A stretch of 64,000 bases of DNA from a virus (IMGVR_UViG_3300031993_000006:64001-128000); one strand, 5' to 3'. Counted from the first letter of the stretch, positions 9,467 through 20,158 are shown. A program made the numbers and translations. Notes: generated by a model from the letters alone, not told the origin.

Positions 9467-11443
9467 ATGGGAAACGCAAGATTTCAACAGTTAAACGATA
9501 CGATAAAGGCAGCCATACCAGGTGTCATTCCCGGTAGCGCAACCTCGGGACCCATCCTACAGTTCCTTGTAGCCGAGTTACTCGCAACAGAATATGCCAA
9601 GATGAATCCGACCGGTATCGCACCGGGCGACTTTTTTACGCGAGTCTATAACGGAATAAAAAGTAATCCGGGCCTGTTAGCTAGCGTATCCAATTACAAC
9701 TACCCGTTCAAGCATGTATACCCGTTTGCTTCCCAGCCGTTATCGCTCAGTCAAGCATCGGCCGAACTTTTCGCATTCTTCAAGGAATATGAAATTCCCG
9801 TTACACTAACCGGGGCTAGCATAAATCCAACACAAGCCGCGCAAATCAAGACGAATATCACTAATTTCGCTGCAGCCGACCCTGCCGATGCCCAAACATA
9901 TGCCAATGCATTCAATCAAGTAGTAACACCTGGCTTAGTCGGTGTCGTTAAACGATTTTTCCCTAACCTAATCTATAACGTACTTGGTTTTGCCCAAGCT
10001 TCAACGGGAACCAACCGTCCGGCCCCGGAACTTAAACTCCTCGAGGTCAGCAACTTAATCTGCAACAATGACCAGCAGAAAGCGTTTGCTGCGATACGAC
10101 CGCTAACCCAATATTGCTATCTATCCCAATTCGACACCGATGCGCCGAATTCTGTCCAACTGGATAGTTCCAAGCTAGAAGCTACCCTTGAATCCATCAA
10201 GACAGCATTTAGCAATGCTTCAGCCGCCGCACAAGATACCCTGCGAACGGCACTGAAACAACCGGCAATTAATATCAACAGTACGGCAGATTCAATTGAT
10301 TCTTTCTTAGGGGCAGGTGCAAATCCTCCTCCCCCGGGTGGCAATAATCCGCCCCCAGGCGGCAATAACACTCCGCCGAGTGGTGACAATAATCCGCCGC
10401 CGGGTGGCAATAATCCGCCCCCAAGTGGCGATAATCCTCCACCGAGTGACGATAACACTCCGCCGGCTGGCAACAATACTCCCGCAGATAACAATGCTAA
10501 CCAAGCAAACCAATCGAACCCACAGTTGAACACCTACGGGCTCCACCCGACTGCGTTCGAGATTCTACAGGGTATGTCCATTGACAATGCACAGCTCAAG
10601 GAAGCGCTTGAGGTATTGGCTGGGAGCAACTACTATGCCACCCCGTACTTTACCACATACATGCCCGGTATTACCGAAAAAGCAGCCGCGCAACTCCTGG
10701 ATAACCAGACAGAAAAGGGCTCCCATAGGCCGTTCAAGGTCTCTGCAGGTGAACCCGGGGCTAGGAAAACTATCCTCATCCCGCCGGCATTCAAGATTGA
10801 CAACTCGCAGACCATCTGGTCCCGCGCCGTCATCAACAACCTTGGATTCCCGTTCATCAACTTCAGCTCCCCTGCAGTCCTTGCCCTTATCAAGAGCAAC
10901 GACCCGAAGGAAGTGAAGGCCGCATACAAGAATGTCAAGGCCCTGTTCAAGGAATGCCACCTGAAACGCCCGATTGACACGCTGAAGGACTTTGCCAAGG
11001 CGAAATACCGGAACAGCGCACTGAACGCCCTTGCCGTACAGGCCGACGAACTCTACAATGCGGAGTCCGGTATGAAGGTAACTGCTTCAATCATCGCACC
11101 TTACACAAAGAACCTGTCAATTAAGGGTACCGTCGAACTTCCAATGGACTTCCTTACGGCATTCTACACGGTCCTGTCCCCGGTACAAGCTACCCGGCAA
11201 TATACCGAACTCTGCGAAATGGGGGTTACCGAGTATCTCAACTTCCTTTCCGTGAACGCGAAACCGCCAATCTACATCCTGAACCCGAAAAACCTAATTT
11301 TCCGTAGGGGACCCAAGGCAGGGCTCCTCCACGAGCTGTTCAGTTCCAAGACGGCACCTATCCTCGTAAGGGCTAGGGTCAGCGGACGCGACGGCGGCTT
11401 CATGATACCCGAAAGAGTAGCTGACAAGATTTTCACCACCTAA
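9467..11443 (+). CDS. Hypothetical protein (658 aa) with a Pro/Gly/Asn linker; C-terminal domain paralogous to the next gene
   Basis: TATAAACT at 9436-9443, GAGG RBS, motifs shared with 11483..13444. Confidence 0.85.
   Translation: MGNARFQQLNDTIKAAIPGVIPGSATSGPILQFLVAELLATEYAKMNPTGIAPGDFFTRVYNGIKSNPGLLASVSNYNYPFKHVYPFASQPLSLSQASAELFAFFKEYEIPVTLTGASINPTQAAQIKTNITNFAAADPADAQTYANAFNQVVTPGLVGVVKRFFPNLIYNVLGFAQASTGTNRPAPELKLLEVSNLICNNDQQKAFAAIRPLTQYCYLSQFDTDAPNSVQLDSSKLEATLESIKTAFSNASAAAQDTLRTALKQPAININSTADSIDSFLGAGANPPPPGGNNPPPGGNNTPPSGDNNPPPGGNNPPPSGDNPPPSDDNTPPAGNNTPADNNANQANQSNPQLNTYGLHPTAFEILQGMSIDNAQLKEALEVLAGSNYYATPYFTTYMPGITEKAAAQLLDNQTEKGSHRPFKVSAGEPGARKTILIPPAFKIDNSQTIWSRAVINNLGFPFINFSSPAVLALIKSNDPKEVKAAYKNVKALFKECHLKRPIDTLKDFAKAKYRNSALNALAVQADELYNAESGMKVTASIIAPYTKNLSIKGTVELPMDFLTAFYTVLSPVQATRQYTELCEMGVTEYLNFLSVNAKPPIYILNPKNLIFRRGPKAGLLHELFSSKTAPILVRARVSGRDGGFMIPERVADKIFTT
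10322..10492 (+). repeat. Coding tandem repeat, (S/G)GNNPPP-like units of 7-8 aa
   Basis: About 7 imperfect 21-24 bp units encoding GGNNPPP/SGDNNPPP. Confidence 0.85.
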
Positions 11444-11482
11444 GGCAAAATAAACTACCATCAACCAATAAGGAATTTCAAT

Positions 11483-13444
11483 ATGTCATCATACCTCTGG
11501 GAACTACCTAACCGCGGCGGCACTCTTTTCGAGCAGGCTATATTTGAAGCTAACCAGCCTCACTGGGAGTCATTCCAGTTTACAGCCAAGGGTACACAAG
11601 ATTTTTCAGCGATAGAACCCAATTTGAAAAATCTTGGGCAAAATGTGCAAGTCACCGCACCTTCTGCCAATAACCCAGGCAAGGTCATTTTCAATACCAA
11701 TGCCCCGAATGTTCAACAGTTTGTTGACCAGTTGAAAAATAACGGAACGATTGAGCCAATTCAAGTAAATAGCCAGCAGGCCCAGCAAGGAAATATCACG
11801 TTCTCGCTGAAAGAAGATAATGAACAGACGCGCAACCTGATTAAACAGAAACTCGCTGACCTCGGGCTCAAAGAAAATACCGATTTCCGCTTCCAGAATC
11901 CCCAGAACCAAGGCGACCCGGCTACATTGATTGTACGAAAACCGAATGATGCATCTATCATTGAAAAGTTTAAGCAATCATGCGGTGCATTGGTCACCGA
12001 TACCCGTTCCCAGGATGACCAGTCTAAAGAAGAACTTGGACAGCGCGAAAAATTCATAGCCTCTCTAATTGACCAGTACCCTCCAAAAATTAAGACCGAT
12101 GTCGCTCTTGCGGTATACTTCCTATCTCAAGGCAAATGGTTCAACGGACAGAATCCGGCCGATGAAAAACAGGCGAATATTGTCAATACCTTTGTTGATG
12201 CAATCGGAAAGCATAATGCTGAACAGGTAAAAATGGCAATTCAGCACATAGTTTCGCTAATTACCGAAGGAAAAATCACGGTAGACCCGAACAATATCGG
12301 TCTATACTCGGTCCCTAATATCGAGAAACAGGTTACAGGCAATATCCAGATGCCGGCGATGTTTGAATCCGAACCGGACGATTCAATGTGGAACGAAATC
12401 GTCATTACAGATTTCGGCATCCCGATGATTAACCTCGGGCATCCGGCAGTCAAAAAGGTAATCGCATCAGAAAATCCGGAGGAAGACTGCCCGGGTGAAC
12501 TCAAGATGTTCAAGAGCAAGGTCTACGAAAACCCAGGACTTCAGAAAGTATTCGGCAAGGGCGGGTTCAACCGTGTCATCGTCGACAAGGCGTTCAACCT
12601 TCTTACCCTCGGTGTAGCCGGTGCTACTACCGATGCAGGCAAGCGCGCTGACCGTATCGTGAAGGAACTCAAGGAAAAGGGTGGCATGAGCACTCACCGC
12701 AACCTCCTCCTTGTCAAGTATGACGATATTGTCGATGCTGACCCTGAAAATGCCGATATCACCATCAAGGCACTCGCTTATAACAGAGCCAACAAGAAGT
12801 TCATGGGTGAACTCGATGTTCCGGCCCGGACGCTCGCCCAGTTCTACAGCGCGGTAGACCCGGTGAAGTCCTCGAAGATTTACATCGAAATGTATAATAA
12901 CGAGGATGTCGGCGACTACGGGTTTGCCGGCACTCAGAACTCCGGTTCCGGCACATACGACCAGAAGTCCCGCAATAACATCCTCTCCCATATCGGCGAA
13001 GCAAACTCTGTCGATAAGGGCGAACCCCTGTTTGAATATGCAGGTGCACCTGCACAATCCGAAAACAAGAAGCCGCTTTACGAATACATCCTCGCGACAG
13101 CTCTTGCCGTAGGCGCAACCGCTGCTGTTCCTCAAATCAAGAACCTCGTTGCCGGCGTAAGGGGTGGAAACAAGAATAACACCGTCGGTAACGCAAAGGA
13201 AAACAACGGCGAACAGTTTGCCCAGCTCAAGAAGGAATATGTCGAGATGCTTTCCAAGGAAGGCCATCCGCCTTCCTACGTCCTGAAGCCAAAGAGTGCC
13301 AACAAGGAAGTCGTCGTGATTTCCAAGGCAAGCACCGGCCATATCCACGGCGGAAAGGTCCTGATGGTTTCCCTCAAGATTGGCGAACACCAGGCAGCCT
13401 GCTTCATGAGCCCGGAAACGGTCAAGAAATACTTCTCGGTGTAA
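11483..13444 (+). CDS. Hypothetical protein (653 aa), paralog of 9467..11443
   Basis: ATAAACT at 11450-11456, AAGGA RBS, N-terminal LFEQAIFEAN. Confidence 0.85.
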   Translation: MSSYLWELPNRGGTLFEQAIFEANQPHWESFQFTAKGTQDFSAIEPNLKNLGQNVQVTAPSANNPGKVIFNTNAPNVQQFVDQLKNNGTIEPIQVNSQQAQQGNITFSLKEDNEQTRNLIKQKLADLGLKENTDFRFQNPQNQGDPATLIVRKPNDASIIEKFKQSCGALVTDTRSQDDQSKEELGQREKFIASLIDQYPPKIKTDVALAVYFLSQGKWFNGQNPADEKQANIVNTFVDAIGKHNAEQVKMAIQHIVSLITEGKITVDPNNIGLYSVPNIEKQVTGNIQMPAMFESEPDDSMWNEIVITDFGIPMINLGHPAVKKVIASENPEEDCPGELKMFKSKVYENPGLQKVFGKGGFNRVIVDKAFNLLTLGVAGATTDAGKRADRIVKELKEKGGMSTHRNLLLVKYDDIVDADPENADITIKALAYNRANKKFMGELDVPARTLAQFYSAVDPVKSSKIYIEMYNNEDVGDYGFAGTQNSGSGTYDQKSRNNILSHIGEANSVDKGEPLFEYAGAPAQSENKKPLYEYILATALAVGATAAVPQIKNLVAGVRGGNKNNTVGNAKENNGEQFAQLKKEYVEMLSKEGHPPSYVLKPKSANKEVVVISKASTGHIHGGKVLMVSLKIGEHQAACFMSPETVKKYFSV

Positions 13445-13446
13445 TA

Positions 13447-14526
13447 ATGAAGCTCGATACTTTCCTACATAACTCAAAGGCCATCGTCGAGAACAACATG
13501 GCCTTTTACTCCCGGAAGGCGGATTCCGGGCGCAAGCTCCGTTCCAAGTCAATGGTCCGGTATTTCCAGGGTATTACCCGGAATTCCTCGGGCCAGGCGG
13601 TTACCGAATGGAAAGTGCCGTCCGCTTCCGACCCCGAAAAGGCTTACCGCTGCTACATCTCGATAGAGCCACAGCAGGGTAACCTTTTTGTACTCGCCCG
13701 TTCGGGAGGGCGCATGAAGGAAAGGATGGAGCTAATCAAGACCGCAGATGTAAGGTGCTTCTGTACCTGCCCGGACTTCAACTGGAGCGGGATGAAATAC
13801 AATATGAAGCACCGCTATGGCGGCTACGAGGAGGGGCATACATCATCCGACGGAGTACCTGACGGGTCCGATATCCGCCCAAGGGTCAGGGACCCCCGGG
13901 GCAGAAACACGGTATGCAAGCACTTACTTGCCTGCTTCAACGGCATAATGCTCAGTGCCCCAACCATCCTCAAGGCTACCCGTGAAGCCAAGTTCCCCCA
14001 GGAATACACCAAGAAACCCGAAACGCCGACAACGCTCGACAAGGACAAGTCAGCCAATGACAAGCTGAGCGGAAAGCTTACCGTAATGAATGACGGAAAG
14101 AAAGATACAAAGGCTACGGGTGAAGTCAAGACGGTCGGAGGCAGCAAACCGGAAGATACAAAGACTACAGGCGACATTACCGTTCTCAGTAAGGACAAGA
14201 AGGCGGTAGTCGACTACCCGTCCAAGGACGACGAAATCAAGGCGCTCGGCGAGTCTGCCCCAGTGAAGATTCCGGAAGCCCAACAGGCCCTCGATGCACT
14301 CGCAACCAGCCTCGGACAATCCAAAGGTGCTGCCGCTACACCGACTACCGGGGAAATCACCGCCGTCGGTAACCCGGAAACCGGTAAAGAATCCGGTGAA
14401 AATAGTGAAATCACCGTTCTCGGCAATGGCGAAGATGCCGATTTCAGCAATCCTCTAACAGATATAGAGGATGCCGCACAGATGCCAATGTTCAACCCCG
14501 ATGACGATGACGACGATATGCAATAG
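13447..14526 (+). CDS. SWIM-type zinc-finger protein with an acidic low-complexity tail
   Basis: CFCTCPDF...VCKHLLAC matches the SWIM pattern CxCxxF...CKH. Confidence 0.75.
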   Translation: MKLDTFLHNSKAIVENNMAFYSRKADSGRKLRSKSMVRYFQGITRNSSGQAVTEWKVPSASDPEKAYRCYISIEPQQGNLFVLARSGGRMKERMELIKTADVRCFCTCPDFNWSGMKYNMKHRYGGYEEGHTSSDGVPDGSDIRPRVRDPRGRNTVCKHLLACFNGIMLSAPTILKATREAKFPQEYTKKPETPTTLDKDKSANDKLSGKLTVMNDGKKDTKATGEVKTVGGSKPEDTKTTGDITVLSKDKKAVVDYPSKDDEIKALGESAPVKIPEAQQALDALATSLGQSKGAAATPTTGEITAVGNPETGKESGENSEITVLGNGEDADFSNPLTDIEDAAQMPMFNPDDDDDDMQ

Positions 14527-14552
14527 TTTCCTAGCTGAAAGGAAATTTGCAT

Positions 14553-15248
14553 ATGTCTATTTATGTTGTCGGCTCATCAAAGAACATGTTTCCCGAACTA
14601 GACGCCGGGAGAGAAAAATTCATCGTAGATAACCCGCACGAAGGCGACAATATCGACCGCCTTAACAAGTGGTACTGCGAGCTTACCGGTCTTTACCATC
14701 TCTGGAAGAATACGGATGCCGGATATATCGGACTTGAACATTACCGTCGCTTCTTCGCATCCCTCAAGCACGAAAAACAGCGTATGGGAATCGAAGAAGC
14801 CCAGGAAATCCTCGAAAAGCACGACATTATAGTGACCGAATACCATCACGGCCCGCGCTATACCGCCCTACAGTGGTTCAAGGACTCGTCCAGGAACAGA
14901 ATCTCCTATATAGTCTACCTACAGAAATTCCTCGAAGTGCTTAGCGAGGAAGACCGGGTGGGCTTCTCTGAATATCTAAACCGTCACTCCCTCATTCAGT
15001 GCAATATGTTCATCGGGAAGCGTCCCGTAATTGACCGTTGGTGCCGATTTATATTCGATGCGCTCGCGAAATATGACAAGATTTGCCCGCCGACGGAAAA
15101 CAACATCCGCATGAACGGCTACCTGTCAGAACACATATTCGGGTACTGGCTAGAAAAAGAGAAGGTACCCTATTACAGGGTACCCAAGGTTGAAATCGAA
15201 TATATCGTCCGTCAGGGAAACGGACCGGTCTCTATTGGACCAGCTTAA
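14553..15248 (+). CDS. DUF4422-family glycosyltransferase-associated protein
   Basis: GDNIDRLNKWYCELTGLYHLWKN...YIGLEHYRRFF, CNMFI and RMNGYLSE motifs. ATG at 14553 follows AAGGA. Confidence 0.85.
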   Translation: MSIYVVGSSKNMFPELDAGREKFIVDNPHEGDNIDRLNKWYCELTGLYHLWKNTDAGYIGLEHYRRFFASLKHEKQRMGIEEAQEILEKHDIIVTEYHHGPRYTALQWFKDSSRNRISYIVYLQKFLEVLSEEDRVGFSEYLNRHSLIQCNMFIGKRPVIDRWCRFIFDALAKYDKICPPTENNIRMNGYLSEHIFGYWLEKEKVPYYRVPKVEIEYIVRQGNGPVSIGPA

Positions 15249-18200
15249 TTGCCAATGACTCGGTTGCCGTATCGACCATGAAGTCATCCGGTTCCACGGC
15301 ATTGTTGACAACGGAATACGCGGTGAGCTCATCCCCGTTGGTACACCAAGCGTAGCAGCCGAATGTATCGACGAGCTCGCCATTTTCATCCATACGCCCA
15401 GTCGGTTCAAAACCAAGATGCTTCTTTGCGACTACCTCAGGGTCATTACCGAGATGCTCGATTTCAGAAAGCGTCGGGAGACGCCATCCGGACGGCAACC
15501 CATTGGCAATATACTGACGAGCCTCGTCCATACTGAACAAGGTGGCATTCCGGCTCGTATTCATCTTGCCATTGTTCAACCTGACAAAACCGTCCATCCA
15601 GTTAAGCCCGTTAGCCACATGGTACTGAATCGAACCCTGCCCCTTAGATGCCGCAGCAACGCCGCCCGATACCGCAAACTGTGAAGTATTGCCGGCAAGC
15701 TCCTTTACCTTTTTGGCAAGAACAGCTGCCTCATCCGGCGGCAAGGTATCGATTAGCTTATTGATATTCATCTCGTTTGCCCGGATGAACTGACGGCTAA
15801 ACAATTCCCACCCAGCCCGGGCGCCGAGACGGATAAGCATCAGCAATCCGTCGGATGTAGAACTCATCTTTTGAAGCTTGTCCGGAGTGATGTACTTCTG
15901 GCAAAGTTCTCTTGCGATATTGAGTGGTATCTTATCAATCTGTGAAAGCATCGCATCGGAATGCGTTTCCATAAAGGTCGCCAAGTCTTCAGGCTCGATT
16001 ACCCGCTTACCAGGTTCAACATCCTTATCATATCTATTAGATATTTCAAACAGACTACTCAAGGCTAAATCTTGCGCTTTGATTGCATCTTCCTCACCAC
16101 GAATATTTCCATCGTATAGAGGCTTCGTAAGAATTCTTGCCCCAGCGAAACATGTCCCAATGAGAGCAATCTCAGCTTTTTCATCCGTCGTTTCTAGCAA
16201 TGTATGGTGCAGCTTATCATATATTCGCATCAGTTTCAGACGAACAGTATCCAATGGGATTACAACCATCTTCTTTACTGTCTTTTCGCCATTACCAACA
16301 GAGACATCTTTCAATTCACTCTTAGTACACTTGAATATACCAGTCTTTCGGTCAAGAAACATCTTTGTTGCAAGTACTTCATCTGCACTGAATAGCGCAA
16401 AATAAAACTTTAGCATCACAAGGTACATCTGTAAGATATCAGAATCGCATATAGCAAACTTATCCTTGTTAGGCTCGATAAAGACTTTGATATATTGGGT
16501 TTCAGTATACTTATCTTCAACCAGCAAATATCTATCATTGAAATTGCTATCCACGATATTACGGAATACATCCTTTAATCGACGCCCCCACACCGTATTC
16601 TTTTCAACATCATACAATACATCAGGTGAATCGGCATAAGTCTTAAAGATATATAGCAATTCATTTTGATTTATTACACCTGAATCAGCACGGTAGCGAA
16701 TCATGCGAACCAAGTTTTTGGCATCAACCGATTTCATATATAAAGGATTATTATCATTTCCAATCTGAGAAAGCCACCGAAGTTTCGGCCAGACCTGCAG
16801 CCCGCGAACTCGAGTAACCAGCACACCAATCTCATGCACTAAATTATCAGTTTCATCCGTCGCATGTCCATTACCATCACAAGTTTCTTTATAAGCAATC
16901 TCCTGTAACTGCGGAGTAACCACACGGCGGCAATCATCCATAATCCGTTTAGCAAGAGCAGCATCTTGTTGTTCATACGTATTACCGGCATCGGTAAGAA
17001 ACTGTGGAGAGAATTCAGTACGATTAAAAATATATAATATCCAAGAAGTAAAGTAATGGATAATAGCCACCGCGGTACCATACTCTACCGATGGTGACCC
17101 CATATCATAAATCGATTCGATTGCGTCATCAGATATCGATACATACTCGCCTGTTTTCTTAGCCATATCATTAAGCAAGTCAACGAAATACCCAATAGAC
17201 GTATTCTTAATAAGAGCTACCTGATACTCTGGGTTATTCAACCTCCTGGCACTTTCAGTTGTTGTATTTGACCCAATCGAGCCGACCAGGCCACCGATTT
17301 TATGTCTAGCTGAAATAGTATCGCCTTCCTTTCCATCGGTAAGCGCGTATAGAGTCTCATCCGGATATTCCACTAGAGCAGCAAACCCTATCTCAGGTTC
17401 ATTACCAAAAATATCCCGGACAATACTTTTCATGCGAGCATCGAGAATCGACTCCGCATCGTCATAAGTTGCGCCATTATTTACAAAATCTTTCAAGTCA
17501 TCGATATCAAGTATCTTCGCCTCGAGACACTCAACAAGTAGAGCCAATGACTTCAGAACACTAATTCCGTATTCAAGCTCATTATCTTCAAATAACCTGC
17601 CACCAATATTGACTATACGACCAGTAGTCACATTACTAAGCTTCCCATAATAATCATTCTTTGCCAAAATCTTGGCCAAGCGACAGTACAGCAAGAACTT
17701 AATCGACTTATTATTACGAGCTGTACACGCTCTACGGACATCTTTAATAAATCCTTGCCAAACTGTATGTTCTGTTACATTATAGGATTTATAATAAATA
17801 TCGCATTGATGCGAAATATTATTAAAATACCCGGCTTCCCCTAGCGTTAAAATAGAACTGAAGGCCTGAATATAATCAGATAACAGAGCGTAACCCTTGT
17901 CAGAAACAAACTTTACCCTCGCTAAAGTATTACCACCAACAGTATCAGTCCATACATCGGCATAACCGTCAGTTTGACTTTCATCGGTTATTTGATTAGT
18001 TCGACTATTACCAAAATCATTCATTATTAGCCAAGCGACCTTAGACTTAGCATTCTTCGGGTCACCATCTACAGTACCAATAGACGGAATATCCCACCAT
18101 TCGCTCCCGTCACTATTTCTTGCAATGCATGATGCGCCCTCGCCGGTGATATTTTTATGTAACGGTGACACAATAGCATGGTCAAAAAAATCATCATCAG

Positions 18201-18807
18201 GATTTACCCTATTAGATGCCGATAACGCTCGCTTTGATATCAAATCTTGAAATCGATTCATTACACTCAGGCCAAGCCTACGACCAGCCACCTTGGCATC
18301 AATCCTATTCACAAATTCAACGGCTTCGTCAGAAGTGCTCGGCGATTCGTGGAATCTTGTCGCAACGATTTCACCGATTCTTCCCATCATTACGGTCTTA
18401 ATATTTTCAATCGTATTCTGTAAATCATTATTGCGACGCACCTCAGGATAGACATATTCGATAGTGCCACCTGAGGTACGATACCCGATTCCACTAGCTT
18501 TAAGTCCAGCATCAACTATATCGCTGACTTTCTGGTCGATTGCCCGGAAACACGGGGATTCATTAAGCTTACGAATCATTTTTGAATTATTAAGCGACCC
18601 ATCCTCATTCAGACATTCGGTAACATCCAGGTTTAACATACTGGCCATCTTGCCATACGGGAAAGGAATCAACTGAACACCCTTCGGAGCAGGGGTACCG
18701 GCTTCGAATAATACCCGGTAGGCACATTCAGTCAATGCGACCATTGCCGCGTCCACACCTTCAGAAATCAATTCCTTGTATTCACCTGCTGAAAACATAT
18801 CGTACAC
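15232..18807 (-). CDS. Large hypothetical protein with a C-terminal FISUMP (Fib_succ_major)-like domain
   Basis: The C-terminus NGLNWM...LFSMDEA...LPSGWRLPTLSEI...GFEPTG...YAW...SLAIKLVQ follows the FISUMP pattern (WM, P.GW.LP, GF...G, W, S.R.V). Start is GTG 18807 or ATG 18798. TATAAACT upstream at 18829-18836. Confidence 0.75.
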   Translation of the reverse strand: MYDMFSAGEYKELISEGVDAAMVALTECAYRVLFEAGTPAPKGVQLIPFPYGKMASMLNLDVTECLNEDGSLNNSKMIRKLNESPCFRAIDQKVSDIVDAGLKASGIGYRTSGGTIEYVYPEVRRNNDLQNTIENIKTVMMGRIGEIVATRFHESPSTSDEAVEFVNRIDAKVAGRRLGLSVMNRFQDLISKRALSASNRVNPDDDFFDHAIVSPLHKNITGEGASCIARNSDGSEWWDIPSIGTVDGDPKNAKSKVAWLIMNDFGNSRTNQITDESQTDGYADVWTDTVGGNTLARVKFVSDKGYALLSDYIQAFSSILTLGEAGYFNNISHQCDIYYKSYNVTEHTVWQGFIKDVRRACTARNNKSIKFLLYCRLAKILAKNDYYGKLSNVTTGRIVNIGGRLFEDNELEYGISVLKSLALLVECLEAKILDIDDLKDFVNNGATYDDAESILDARMKSIVRDIFGNEPEIGFAALVEYPDETLYALTDGKEGDTISARHKIGGLVGSIGSNTTTESARRLNNPEYQVALIKNTSIGYFVDLLNDMAKKTGEYVSISDDAIESIYDMGSPSVEYGTAVAIIHYFTSWILYIFNRTEFSPQFLTDAGNTYEQQDAALAKRIMDDCRRVVTPQLQEIAYKETCDGNGHATDETDNLVHEIGVLVTRVRGLQVWPKLRWLSQIGNDNNPLYMKSVDAKNLVRMIRYRADSGVINQNELLYIFKTYADSPDVLYDVEKNTVWGRRLKDVFRNIVDSNFNDRYLLVEDKYTETQYIKVFIEPNKDKFAICDSDILQMYLVMLKFYFALFSADEVLATKMFLDRKTGIFKCTKSELKDVSVGNGEKTVKKMVVIPLDTVRLKLMRIYDKLHHTLLETTDEKAEIALIGTCFAGARILTKPLYDGNIRGEEDAIKAQDLALSSLFEISNRYDKDVEPGKRVIEPEDLATFMETHSDAMLSQIDKIPLNIARELCQKYITPDKLQKMSSTSDGLLMLIRLGARAGWELFSRQFIRANEMNINKLIDTLPPDEAAVLAKKVKELAGNTSQFAVSGGVAAASKGQGSIQYHVANGLNWMDGFVRLNNGKMNTSRNATLFSMDEARQYIANGLPSGWRLPTLSEIEHLGNDPEVVAKKHLGFEPTGRMDENGELVDTFGCYAWCTNGDELTAYSVVNNAVEPDDFMVDTATESLAIKLVQ

Positions 18808-18828
18808 CCGGGTTGCTTAATTATCCAT

Positions 18829-18866
18829 AGTTTATATATCGAATCTTTGCCCCAATATGATAAACT
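18829..18866. promoter_or_regulatory. Divergent pair of putative late promoters (ATAAACT)
   Basis: AGTTTATA at 18829-18836 and ATAAACT at 18860-18866. Confidence 0.65.
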
Positions 18867-18898
18867 ATCGATTAACCAGATTCCAGTCAGGTACGGAA

Positions 18899-20158
18899 AT
18901 GTCGGAACAGAAACAGTATATCCTCCCGAAAGCAATGGTTGAATGTGTCAAGGAAGCATACCATGAACTCTTTGGCGAACCTATGTTAGAGAGCCTTCTT
19001 CTCGAAGCTAATCAGCGTGAAATCGACGCCAAAACCCGCGAGGCTATATACAAGGCTATCGTAATCAACATTATCGGTCAGGAACCCGAAGACTGGAATG
19101 ACCCCCGTGTCCAACAGCTTTACCAGCAAATCCGAGCCGACCATGCCCAGCCGGTAAGCCAATTCCTTGGCCGGGTGCAAAACGAACGCATAATCGAGCT
19201 TCCGGACTATGACGCAAATACCTTTACTAACCGTCGTGGCCATGAACTTACCCTGATGGAATCAACAAAAAATAACCTCAGGCAGACCTTCTTCAACTTT
19301 GAAGGTGCCAATACTGACTATATGCCCGGTGTTGCTAGAATAGCTGTCCTACGTACCGGTTTTGGCGGTTGTAGCTTCGGAACTCCCGAACAGGACCCCG
19401 GCGATATCAAGCTTCTCAAAGCTTTTATAAAGTATGTCTGTGAAGTGTGCCCGGACCCTGCAGCAGAAGATGCTCAATTTAACTTCGACCTTAACGGAAT
19501 GACCCTTCGTGACATACGCGGTGGATTCGGTAATACACTCAATCAAGATATCGAAGCCCGAAAGGATGCCGTCCGCAACTATACCCCACAAGGTGAAGCT
19601 CGCGGAAACTACCGTATTGTCCATATTCCAGACTTCCAGACCGCATCCCAATACCGTCGTTATTTTACGGTATCCCCTTGGTGCATATGCACTTCCCAAA
19701 TGATGTGGGACTCATACACCCTCGAAGGAGCCAATACAGTATACTTCTGTCTCCGAGACGGGTTCGAAGATGTTCCGCCCGAACCAGGTCCAGATGCTCC
19801 GCTTGATGACTACGGCACCAGCATGATTGCCGTCATTGTTGAACCAGACGGCGACCTCTGCACCGCAACACCAAGATGGAACGATGCCAACGGAAGCAGT
19901 GACTATCTCCTGACCGAAGAAAATGTGATGGATATCATCGGCCGACGCTTCTCGGAAGCATTTCCTCCGGTTGAACACGAACAGCCGGAATACCTTAGGA
20001 ACATGCCGCCAATGCGTGACGGTATGCCCCCGCGCGGAATGATACCTCCAATGCGTGGCGGTATGCCACCCCGAGGAATGATGCCACCGCGCGGAATGAT
20101 GCTACCTCCGAATGGCGCATTCGATGACGATATGCCGCCGCGTGGTTTCCGTCGTTAA
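18899..20158 (+). CDS. Hypothetical protein with a WCI-motif domain and an RGM/PPRG low-complexity tail
   Basis: ATAAACT at 18860-18866 favours ATG 18899. SPWCI...YFCLRDGF...YGTSMIAVIV...PRWN. Confidence 0.8.
   Translation: MSEQKQYILPKAMVECVKEAYHELFGEPMLESLLLEANQREIDAKTREAIYKAIVINIIGQEPEDWNDPRVQQLYQQIRADHAQPVSQFLGRVQNERIIELPDYDANTFTNRRGHELTLMESTKNNLRQTFFNFEGANTDYMPGVARIAVLRTGFGGCSFGTPEQDPGDIKLLKAFIKYVCEVCPDPAAEDAQFNFDLNGMTLRDIRGGFGNTLNQDIEARKDAVRNYTPQGEARGNYRIVHIPDFQTASQYRRYFTVSPWCICTSQMMWDSYTLEGANTVYFCLRDGFEDVPPEPGPDAPLDDYGTSMIAVIVEPDGDLCTATPRWNDANGSSDYLLTEENVMDIIGRRFSEAFPPVEHEQPEYLRNMPPMRDGMPPRGMIPPMRGGMPPRGMMPPRGMMLPPNGAFDDDMPPRGFRR
20003..20155 (+). repeat. Coding low-complexity repeat (MPPRG / PPMRGG)
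   Basis: MPPMRDGMPPRGMIPPMRGGMPPRGMMPPRGMMLPP. Confidence 0.8.
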
